A DNA stretch of 32,000 nt. Source: Opitutales bacterium. Lineage in GTDB: Bacteria > Verrucomicrobiota > Verrucomicrobiia > Opitutales > UBA9783. This document shows, piece by piece, positions 20,438-30,695 of this stretch. Numbering within the stretch: the first letter of the stretch is position 1; every line of letters starts with the position of its first letter. The stretch covers positions 1-32,000 of the forward strand of contig JAKSVZ010000007.1 of the NCBI GenBank assembly GCA_024407725.1, written 5' to 3'. A program made the translations under genes and the position numbers. The notes under the pieces are model-generated. The model was not told the origin of the DNA, did no database searches, and saw nothing but the letters and a program-made list of their open reading frames with translations.

Positions 20438-21667
20438 TTATATAGATATTTTTTTAGCTTCTCCAAACCATTGTTGATGAATAATACTAGCAATTCGCTG
20501 ATTACCCGTTACCGAATGATGCCCGTATTTATCGACATAAAGACTTTGCAATTCAACATCATCTAAGGATTTCCAATAAGCATATAAATCTAAATAAGGT
20601 AAATTCAATTCAGCACAAATACTATCAAAAGCTGCACGATACAAAGCATGATTATCTTGCATATAACGAACATGCGTATAGGCAGGTAACATTACACAAT
20701 AAGGACGCCGACCTTTCTCCTGACATACATCTATAAAACGCTTTAATAGCGCACGCAATAGATCCTGTTGTGTTTCGTATAAGCCTTGCAGGTAATCATT
20801 TTTCTGCTGAAACGTTTTCAACAAATAAGGTTCGGCTTCCTGCAAAAAATGGTTAATGGCCATTGACCGATCTTGTTTACTGTCTGTTTTAACACGCGTT
20901 GAAGCCAATAAGCACTTTAGCAAATCTCCATCTTTTATAACATATCCTAAAGCCGTTTTAGGCGCTTTTTTTAATTGGGTAAAAAAATAAGGAGCATTGC
21001 CATCCTGTTGCCGGAAAAAATCCTGATAGCGCTCCAAATGTAAAAAATCATTCGGAGATTGAAGAGGACTTTTTACCAATTTTAATGCACCATCCGATAA
21101 AATGAAACGAGGCTTAACCGCTAAAACATTTCCTGGATTCGCATAATGCAACCAAACACTAAGAATTCGCTCAATAGTCCATGGAGTCAGAATCATGACA
21201 ACCGCACGAACCGATTCTGACAAATTTGTTGATTCCAAACGCAACAAAGCCTGATCCAAACCATAATTACCAACCCCATAATTAGTAACATACGATTGAG
21301 TAAACTGAGATAAATGATACTGGATCGTTTCCGTATCATTCACCTCACGGCACATACAAAAAGAATCACCAAAAGTTGCTATATAAGAATACGCTGGAGC
21401 ACCTGAAAAAGTACGACTCCCCTGATCATCAATCGAGTAAGTCGTGTTCCCTTGAAGCCCTATGTACGAACCTGTATTATCTCGATGATTCTTAACGGGA
21501 TTTGGCTTCCACCCCAACTGCACATCGAACGTTTTGTATTTATTAACAATCGCTGCAGTTACTTTGGGACATGCTTGTAAAAACAAACCTGATTTCAGAA
21601 GGAAAAAACGTACAACTCCTTCTAGGATCGCGCCAATTAACACAACACATCCTAAAAAAAACAACAT
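20438..21667 (-). CDS. Membrane-anchored SGNH/GDSL-family hydrolase or acyl-transfer protein
   Basis: 409 aa with an N-terminal TM helix (FFLGCVVLIGAILEGVVRFFLL). Block I is ATFGDSF and the glycine block is NYGVGNYGLDQ. The C-terminal Asp/His block is VDKYGHHSVTGNQ. The start codon is 12 nt after the tRNA-Leu CCA end and is preceded by TAAGGA. Confidence 0.65.
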   Translation of the reverse strand: MLFFLGCVVLIGAILEGVVRFFLLKSGLFLQACPKVTAAIVNKYKTFDVQLGWKPNPVKNHRDNTGSYIGLQGNTTYSIDDQGSRTFSGAPAYSYIATFGDSFCMCREVNDTETIQYHLSQFTQSYVTNYGVGNYGLDQALLRLESTNLSESVRAVVMILTPWTIERILSVWLHYANPGNVLAVKPRFILSDGALKLVKSPLQSPNDFLHLERYQDFFRQQDGNAPYFFTQLKKAPKTALGYVIKDGDLLKCLLASTRVKTDSKQDRSMAINHFLQEAEPYLLKTFQQKNDYLQGLYETQQDLLRALLKRFIDVCQEKGRRPYCVMLPAYTHVRYMQDNHALYRAAFDSICAELNLPYLDLYAYWKSLDDVELQSLYVDKYGHHSVTGNQRIASIIHQQWFGEAKKISI

Positions 21668-21679
21668 ATGAAATCCTTA

Positions 21680-21766
21680 TGGTACCTGGAGAGGGGGTCG
21701 AACCCTCATTCTCGTGAAAGAACCGGATTTTGAGTCCGGCGCGTCTGCCAATTCCGCCATCCAGGC
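21680..21766 (-). tRNA. tRNA-Leu (anticodon CAA), class II, CCA encoded
   Basis: The minus-strand 87-nt sequence is GCCTGGATGGCGGAATTGGCAGACGCGCCGGACTCAAAATCCGGTTCTTTCACGAGAATGAGGGTTCGACCCCCTCTCCAGGTACCA. The anticodon loop is CTCAAAA, there is a long variable arm, and the 1:72 pair is G:U. Confidence 0.9.
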
Positions 21767-21868
21767 AAAAACAAAAACAAAATTATGTTTCAAAAAAACG
21801 ATAAAAAGTACAAGTTATTTTATATAAAAATCTTATTAAAATGCTTCATTACCTAGAAAAAACTTTGC

Positions 21869-23080
21869 TTAACTATGAATATGATGCTGATAAAATGCCT
21901 TCCATTGACCCGAGCGAATTGCCTGACGGATAGCTTCCATCCAACGCATCATAAAACGGGCATTATGAATCGTTAGCAACAATCCTCCTGTGCTTTCCCT
22001 CGCTTTAAACAAATGGTGCACATAAGAACGCGTAAAGCGACGGCATGTATAGCAATCACATGCGCTATCTATTGGATTCACATCTTCTGCATAACAGGCA
22101 TTTTTTAAATTAATATGCTCTTTTGCAACTGCTTCTTCAGGACGGGCGATAAGCGCACACCCATGCCGTGCTATACGCGTAGGATGTACACAATCGAAAG
22201 TATCCACGCCTGAATTAACCCCTTCTAGCAAATCGCGCAATCCACCAATACCTAACAGATGCGTTGGACGATCAACCGGAACCTGTTGCATAATATAATC
22301 GACCAAACCGTACATCTCCTGTTTTTCTACTCCCAAACTTCCCCCAATCGCTTGACCAAAAAACGGATGACTTTTAATAAAATCAATGCTTTCCGTGCGC
22401 AAATCCTCATAAATTCCTCCTTGGATAATTCCGTACATACGCTGACGATCATCAAAGTGATCTAAAAACTGCTTTAAACTGCGCTCTTCCCAACGATGGC
22501 TCAATTGGGTAGAAGCAACAATTTCGCTACGTGTTCTATGAGTAGGAGCACATTCATCCAACGGCAAAATAAAATCAGCCCCTAAAGCTTGTTGAATCTC
22601 AACCGAACGCTCCGGAGTCAACATACACATCCTCCCATTCACATAAGAACGGAACATGGCTCCATCTTCTGTTATTTTTAACAAGGTACGAATGGCATTT
22701 GGACGGCTCTTACCTTTGATTTCATCAATAACACCCCCATAACCCATGCTAAAGATTTGGAATCCGCCTGAATCGGTTAACATAGGGCCATCCCAACCCG
22801 TAAACGCATGCAATCCACCGTTCAACTTAACAATATCCGGCCCTGGCTGTAACCAAAGATGATAGGTATTCCCTAAAACAATTTGGGCACCAACTGCTTT
22901 TATTTGCTCCATGGTAGCCCCTTTAATGGCTCCATGGGTTCCACAAAAAACAAAATTAGGGGTTTCAACCACTCCATGCGGGGTTTCGATAATACCGCAA
23001 TGCGCACGGCCATAATCAGCCTGCGCCGTTACGCGATAAGCAAAGGTTTTGGAAAATTCATCATCTGACAACGTTTCCAT
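21869..23080 (-). CDS. tgt: Queuine tRNA-ribosyltransferase (tRNA-guanine transglycosylase)
   Basis: 403 aa. Motifs are LGNTYHL, TDSGGFQ and LGIGG, plus the zinc site CDCYTC...H. It is longer than typical Tgt at the N-terminus. Confidence 0.95.
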   Translation of the reverse strand: METLSDDEFSKTFAYRVTAQADYGRAHCGIIETPHGVVETPNFVFCGTHGAIKGATMEQIKAVGAQIVLGNTYHLWLQPGPDIVKLNGGLHAFTGWDGPMLTDSGGFQIFSMGYGGVIDEIKGKSRPNAIRTLLKITEDGAMFRSYVNGRMCMLTPERSVEIQQALGADFILPLDECAPTHRTRSEIVASTQLSHRWEERSLKQFLDHFDDRQRMYGIIQGGIYEDLRTESIDFIKSHPFFGQAIGGSLGVEKQEMYGLVDYIMQQVPVDRPTHLLGIGGLRDLLEGVNSGVDTFDCVHPTRIARHGCALIARPEEAVAKEHINLKNACYAEDVNPIDSACDCYTCRRFTRSYVHHLFKARESTGGLLLTIHNARFMMRWMEAIRQAIRSGQWKAFYQHHIHS

Positions 23081-23132
23081 ACTAACCTGTATACCTTTAC
23101 CGATCCCTTATACTTACGATCAAGAACCTAGT

Positions 23133-24341
23133 TTATTGTTCCTTAATACTCTCTTCAGGTATATTCTCTGCTGAATTTTGCGGCTTTTGTAGCAATGCAA
23201 GGACAAACAAAAACAAAAATGCCACTTCTGATTGCATATAATGCAGAATATAAGTCGTATTAAGCGTTTTGGATATACAAGCAATCAGGATAGCGAGCAT
23301 ATCTAAAAGAATAAACACCTGCTTTTTATGTTCCTTAGAGAACAAACGAACATGCTTCAACTGTACAACAACAGCGCATACAAACCCAATCCATAGCAAA
23401 TTATAAACGCTATTTAGGATAAAAGAGGCATAGGTTTTTAGAGGAGCTTTAAAAAAAATTAACGAACCATTGCAGCAAAACGGAGCAAAAATCGGGTTCA
23501 GTAAGCGCTGATATAAAGGTACCATGGGGATATAAGAACCATTATATATTTTCTGATCCCAACATGTTGCATACCAATACAAAACAGAAACGATCTTTGT
23601 GATTAAAGGATAACAAGCTCCTATCAACACTATCCATAGCCATCGCAATCTAAATCTAAAGAAGCAATAAAAGCATAAGGTAACTAACGCACAAACATAA
23701 CACGATTTATGCACTACGCATAAGGCTACTAAAGCGATAATATTGAACACAAAATTCTGAAAGTGAGTCGTTAAAGCCCAACACACACCAATAAGTACTA
23801 ATAGCACGTAGCTCATAGGCAGCGGGCAACCACATTCGATCAATAAATATGGATTACATAGAGACAACAGACTGATCCATTTGAGTCCATCACTCGCATG
23901 CAATAGGTGCAATAGATGCATAATTAAAACCATTGCGCCCATAATCGCTAATCCATGCATAAGTGAACAAAAGAATAAACCTTCAATATAATACCGGTAC
24001 CCCCATAACTTACAAACACTCGCATCAATCCAACGTGGGATATACGTATCAAAGGCTATACTACAACGCCTACTACCACCATTGTGATCATATTTCGGGC
24101 TATAAGAATAAATATAATAGTTGCTCCAATCAGGATTAAGGATACGTAGTTTATAGCTAACCGCATTTCTTTGTAACCAACAAGCGCTTGTGGTATAAGT
24201 TGCTACGCCAAACAATAGGATGCTGTTGATGAGCACAACGTACCGAAAGGGCTTCCAAGCCTTAACTGCCGGTAAGGCATAAAATTTACCAACGCACCAA
24301 AAAAAGCACACCGCCGGTAAGAAGAACAAGAAATACCGCAT
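23133..24341 (-). CDS. Cysteine-rich polytopic membrane protein of unknown function
   Basis: 402 aa with about 10 hydrophobic segments and roughly 21 Cys by my count. It has one larger loop (NPDWSNYYIYSYSPKYDHNGGSRRCSIAFDTYIPRWIDASVC) and an acidic C-terminal tail. I recognise no family, so GT-C/polymerase-like is only a guess. Confidence 0.55.
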   Translation of the reverse strand: MRYFLFFLPAVCFFWCVGKFYALPAVKAWKPFRYVVLINSILLFGVATYTTSACWLQRNAVSYKLRILNPDWSNYYIYSYSPKYDHNGGSRRCSIAFDTYIPRWIDASVCKLWGYRYYIEGLFFCSLMHGLAIMGAMVLIMHLLHLLHASDGLKWISLLSLCNPYLLIECGCPLPMSYVLLVLIGVCWALTTHFQNFVFNIIALVALCVVHKSCYVCALVTLCFYCFFRFRLRWLWIVLIGACYPLITKIVSVLYWYATCWDQKIYNGSYIPMVPLYQRLLNPIFAPFCCNGSLIFFKAPLKTYASFILNSVYNLLWIGFVCAVVVQLKHVRLFSKEHKKQVFILLDMLAILIACISKTLNTTYILHYMQSEVAFLFLFVLALLQKPQNSAENIPEESIKEQ

Positions 24342-24347
24342 AAGTTG

Positions 24348-26789
24348 CTAAGATTGCATTTCTTCCGGTCCTTGAGCGACCTTACAGAGTCTAACCAATT
24401 GATCGTTGGGCTCTAGGCTAATCAACCGCACTCCTTGTGTGGTTCGACCGATCTTACGCACATCTTTGATAGGGCAACGAACTGCCTGACCGGATTGGGT
24501 AAAGAGCATCATTTCATCTGCATCCTCCACTACAATCGCCCCTGCAACCTCAACCTGCTTACCCTCTTTACCTTTAATCGCGATGATTCCCTTCCCTCCT
24601 CTGTGTTGTACTCGGTAATCCGAAAAGTCGGAACGCTTTCCTTGACCATTGATGCCAGCAATCAATAACGAACAGCTTGGGTTCACAATGCACAACGCTT
24701 GTACGACATCCTGTTCATCCAAGTCAATCCCGATAACGCCTCGGGTATCTCGACTTAACTGTCGGCATTCTGATTCATGGAAGCGAATCGATAGCCCTTT
24801 GCGGGTAATCAGCATCAATTCGTTCTGTCCATTGGTTAAATCCGCTCCTACGATCAAGTCATCCTCATCCACATTCATGCCAATCAAACCGGACGAACGG
24901 TAATTTTGGTAATCGGACAAAGCAGATTTTTTAATAATTCCATTTCGGGTTACCATCACCAACGAATGGACATCGTCAAAGGACTGGAAGCATAAAGTCG
25001 CAGCCACTACCTCGTCGGATTTTAAATTCAAAACGTTGATCAATGCACGCCCCTTAGAAGTACGTGAGCCCTCAGGAATATCGTATAGTTTCTTAATATA
25101 CACGCGGCCATTCTGCATCACGAACATAATAAAATCGTGTGCATTAGCGGTAAATGAATGCTCAATAAAATCCTCTTCGTACTGGCCAGCACTCAATACT
25201 CCTTTGCCACCTCGCTTTTGGGAACGGAAGGCTTCCATGTCGGTCCGTTTAATAAATCCTTTATGGGATAACGTAACGCAGCAACCAACATTCGGAATCA
25301 TATCTTCCATCCGGAATTCTGCCTCATCAGGGATAATGCGCGTTTTTCGATCGATGCCGTATTTTTCGCGTTCCTGTAAAAATTCTTCTTTTAATACCGA
25401 CAACAACTTGGTATCGCTCGACAAAATCAAACGCAGCTCTTCAGCGGTTTTTAGCAACGCTTCGTATTCTCCATCAATTTTTTCGCGCTCCATTCCGGTT
25501 AATTGATACAAGCGCAAATCCAAAATGGCAGTCGCTTGCGTAACCGACAACTGGTATTTCTTAATCAAGGCTGACTGTGCTTCTTCACGAGAGCCTGACC
25601 CACGAATGATTTTTACAAAATCATCCAAATGATCGATGGCGATCTTGTAACCCTCTAGGATATGCAGCCGTTCTTCCGCTTTTTGCAAACGGAATTGGGT
25701 ACGTCGGGATACAACTTCTCGACGATGCTCCAAATAGCATTCGAGCATCTCCTTGATGTTCATTTGCTTAGGTCGTTGCTGATCCAAAGCTAACAAAATG
25801 ACACCAAAAGAGGATTCTAACGGGGTTAATTTGTACAGTTTATTGAGCACCACGCGCGCAATTTCCCCTCGCTTTAGTTCAATAACAATGCGGGTTTGCT
25901 CATCGGATTCATCCCGTAAATCACTGATTTCGGTTAAAATCTTTAGGTGCACCAACTCCGCAATTTTGGTAACTAAAGTGGCGCGATTAACCGCGTAAGG
26001 AATTTCAGTGATAATAATTTGGTCTTTTCCATTATCATTTTCCTCAATATGAGCCTCTCCGCGGATATGGATAATACCACGTCCGGTGCGCAAATAACTC
26101 GAAATGCCACTCAATCCAACCACCGTACCGCCTGTTGGGAAATCGGGTCCCTTGATAACCCCCATTAAATCGTCAACAGTGGCGTTTTGGTTATCGATCA
26201 ACAAAACCAACGCATCCATCAATTCGCGAAGGTTGTGCGGAGGAATATTGGTGGTAATACCCACTGCAATTCCGGTTGATCCATTAAGAAGCAAATTGGG
26301 TAAAGCAGAAGGTAATACGGTTGGTTCTACCGTACTTTCCTTATAGTTCGGAATAAAATCAACGGTATTCTCATCGATATCCTTCAGAAGCTCTTCAGCA
26401 ACATCCTTCAAGCGGCATTCGGTGTAACGATACGCAGCAGCCAAATCCCCATCGATCGAGCCAAAATTCCCCTGTGGGTCGATCAACGGATGATTCATCA
26501 CCCAATCCTGACCTAAACGCACCAAGGCATCATAAACCGAACTATCGCCATGCGGGTGGTAGTTTTTGAGCACTTCTCCGACAACACCTGCGCATTTATC
26601 GAACGGCCGGTTGTGTACCAATCCCTCACGGAACATAGCATAAAGGATACGCCGATGAACCGGTTTAAACCCATCGCGTACATCGGGTAATGCACGGCTT
26701 ACGATAACGGACATCGAATAGTCGATATAAGCCGACTTCATGATGTCATTAACATTCGTATCAATTAAAAACTCTTTGTCTGTACTCAT
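24348..26789 (-). CDS. gyrA: DNA gyrase subunit A
   Basis: Motifs are DGFKPVHRRIL, HPHGDSSVYDALVRL (QRDR region) and the catalytic Tyr context AAAYRYTECRL, followed by C-terminal beta-pinwheel repeats. The track start at 26795 is a TTG. I use the ATG at 26789 (MSTDKEF...). Confidence 0.96.
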   Translation of the reverse strand: MSTDKEFLIDTNVNDIMKSAYIDYSMSVIVSRALPDVRDGFKPVHRRILYAMFREGLVHNRPFDKCAGVVGEVLKNYHPHGDSSVYDALVRLGQDWVMNHPLIDPQGNFGSIDGDLAAAYRYTECRLKDVAEELLKDIDENTVDFIPNYKESTVEPTVLPSALPNLLLNGSTGIAVGITTNIPPHNLRELMDALVLLIDNQNATVDDLMGVIKGPDFPTGGTVVGLSGISSYLRTGRGIIHIRGEAHIEENDNGKDQIIITEIPYAVNRATLVTKIAELVHLKILTEISDLRDESDEQTRIVIELKRGEIARVVLNKLYKLTPLESSFGVILLALDQQRPKQMNIKEMLECYLEHRREVVSRRTQFRLQKAEERLHILEGYKIAIDHLDDFVKIIRGSGSREEAQSALIKKYQLSVTQATAILDLRLYQLTGMEREKIDGEYEALLKTAEELRLILSSDTKLLSVLKEEFLQEREKYGIDRKTRIIPDEAEFRMEDMIPNVGCCVTLSHKGFIKRTDMEAFRSQKRGGKGVLSAGQYEEDFIEHSFTANAHDFIMFVMQNGRVYIKKLYDIPEGSRTSKGRALINVLNLKSDEVVAATLCFQSFDDVHSLVMVTRNGIIKKSALSDYQNYRSSGLIGMNVDEDDLIVGADLTNGQNELMLITRKGLSIRFHESECRQLSRDTRGVIGIDLDEQDVVQALCIVNPSCSLLIAGINGQGKRSDFSDYRVQHRGGKGIIAIKGKEGKQVEVAGAIVVEDADEMMLFTQSGQAVRCPIKDVRKIGRTTQGVRLISLEPNDQLVRLCKVAQGPEEMQS

Positions 26790-26828
26790 GTGCAATGCGT
26801 TAAATGGCTTCGTTCTCTGTCTTCCCTA

Positions 26829-29453
<2,625 letters not shown>

Positions 29454-29523
29454 TTAAGCATATGGAAGACAGTCAACACAGATTATTTTATAATCCGGAT
29501 ACTTGTTAAGCATATGGAACACA
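29454..29523. promoter_or_regulatory. Pair of 18-nt direct repeats, TTAAGCATATGGAA(G/C)ACA, in the gyrB / effector-like-gene divergent intergenic region. A candidate operator.
   Basis: Copy 1 is at 29454-29471 and copy 2 at 29506-29523. They are 17/18 identical with starts 52 bp apart, and each contains the palindrome CATATG. Confidence 0.4.
29466..29494 (+). promoter_or_regulatory. Candidate sigma-70-type promoter for the 29593 gene
   Basis: AAGACA (29466-71), a 17-nt spacer, then a perfect TATAAT (29489-94). The -35 element lies inside repeat copy 1, and repeat copy 2 starts about 12 nt after the -10. Confidence 0.3.
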
Positions 29524-29592
29524 AAATCCATAAGTATTACTCCCCTTTCAACTCAACTATTAACTCATAATCTCTGAATCGATCTCTTAACC

Positions 29593-30630
29593 ATGGGCAT
29601 TGAAACTAATCCACAAGCAATCCATTCTCAGATAGAATTAACTCAACCTAATGAGAATGTTAATGATAACTCAATCTCTGTATCTCAACAGGCAATTGTT
29701 AAAAATATAAACCTAGCAACCAAATCGTTGGCTAATATGCACGAGGCTGGGAAAGCACACTCCGTAAGCATCACCGATAAAACACAAGGGAAAGGTATTT
29801 TGGGGCGCATCAACCAAGTTTTCCAAAATATCGTACATAACCTTAAGCATTTATTCTCCACCCAAAGCGGCATCGTAAAATCCCTCAATCAGAGCGTCAC
29901 CGATCTAACTAACGCAACCGACCAAATCATGTATTCCTATAAAGATATTTCAAAAGACCAACAGCAAACGTTGGTGAACAATCTTGCAAATACCTTTGTA
30001 AAAACCGCTAATACCCTACAGCAAATCATCGGAACCGATCTTCCATTAAACGACATAGCTGAGTATTGTAATGACCTTGTTTGGAGTAATAATGAACCCG
30101 ATCCTGAGAAAGAAGCCTTAACTCAAGCATTAAATTTAGCAAACAAACCCGTAAATAAAGCAATTGTCGATTGCTTATGCTCAATGACCCGTCTTCAGCT
30201 TGCAATTGATTTGGCTGCTCGTTCAGAAACAAGGTCATCAAGCGCAATAGATAACAATGTACAGAACCAATCAGTTGAAAAACAGCAACCCATCAGCTTC
30301 AAATTTGAAAGCGACGAAGAATCATTTATCGATGACATAGATTACCATCCCCTAACCGACCGAGAGCTAGAAGCCTCAATCCAAACAGGGATGAAAACTC
30401 TGCGTACTTACATGCCAAAATTTCAACCGAATGCTGCTATAAGCGATATATTAACCCAAGACGAAAGTAGTCCAGAAGAGATCTGCCAACAATTATCCAT
30501 CGATACGAACTCATTAAATCCGGATCAAGTCAAAGACGTGAACAATCAAATCGAAGAATTACAACACAATCTTGGGATACAAGCCTTACGCAACGATCCA
30601 GACGTAATACAGTTGGATAAAGACGAATAA
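29593..30630 (+). CDS. Hypothetical N/Q/S-rich soluble protein, paralogue 1 of a tandem pair (candidate secreted effector)
   Basis: 345 aa with no signal peptide or TM segment. The conserved N-terminal ~90 aa and internal blocks are shared with the downstream ORF: SLANMHEA, GRI.Q...NI.HN.KHL, TAN(T/Q)...L.QIIG and NKAI.DCL. Confidence 0.7.
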   Translation: MGIETNPQAIHSQIELTQPNENVNDNSISVSQQAIVKNINLATKSLANMHEAGKAHSVSITDKTQGKGILGRINQVFQNIVHNLKHLFSTQSGIVKSLNQSVTDLTNATDQIMYSYKDISKDQQQTLVNNLANTFVKTANTLQQIIGTDLPLNDIAEYCNDLVWSNNEPDPEKEALTQALNLANKPVNKAIVDCLCSMTRLQLAIDLAARSETRSSSAIDNNVQNQSVEKQQPISFKFESDEESFIDDIDYHPLTDRELEASIQTGMKTLRTYMPKFQPNAAISDILTQDESSPEEICQQLSIDTNSLNPDQVKDVNNQIEELQHNLGIQALRNDPDVIQLDKDE

Positions 30631-30695
30631 TACTCAACATTGTAGGATTCTACCGCATCCCATTGAACCATAAACACTCCCTATAACCTAACACC

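Noticed and set aside
21654-21661. An A8/T8 homopolymer in codons 3-5 of the SGNH gene, another A8 at 23451-58 in the Cys-rich membrane gene, and a T7 (minus-strand) tract at 90-96 near the murC/murB TAG. These are possible slip sites.
   Set aside because: Tracts of 7-8 nt are expected by chance in AT-rich coding sequence encoding Phe or Lys. The two A8-containing genes (SGNH, Cys-rich membrane) are intact and in frame at the tract, and the frame is also unbroken across the T7 tract. Nothing here is specific evidence of switching, unlike the 8-bp repeat.
18779-21766. Possible genomic island integrated at tRNA-Leu, suggested by a low-GC gene cluster abutting the tRNA 3' end.
   Set aside because: There is no integrase, transposase or phage gene. 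I could not find a direct repeat of the tRNA-Leu 3' end near the other boundary (18779-18830). The compositional shift alone is insufficient, so it is reported only as a compositional note.
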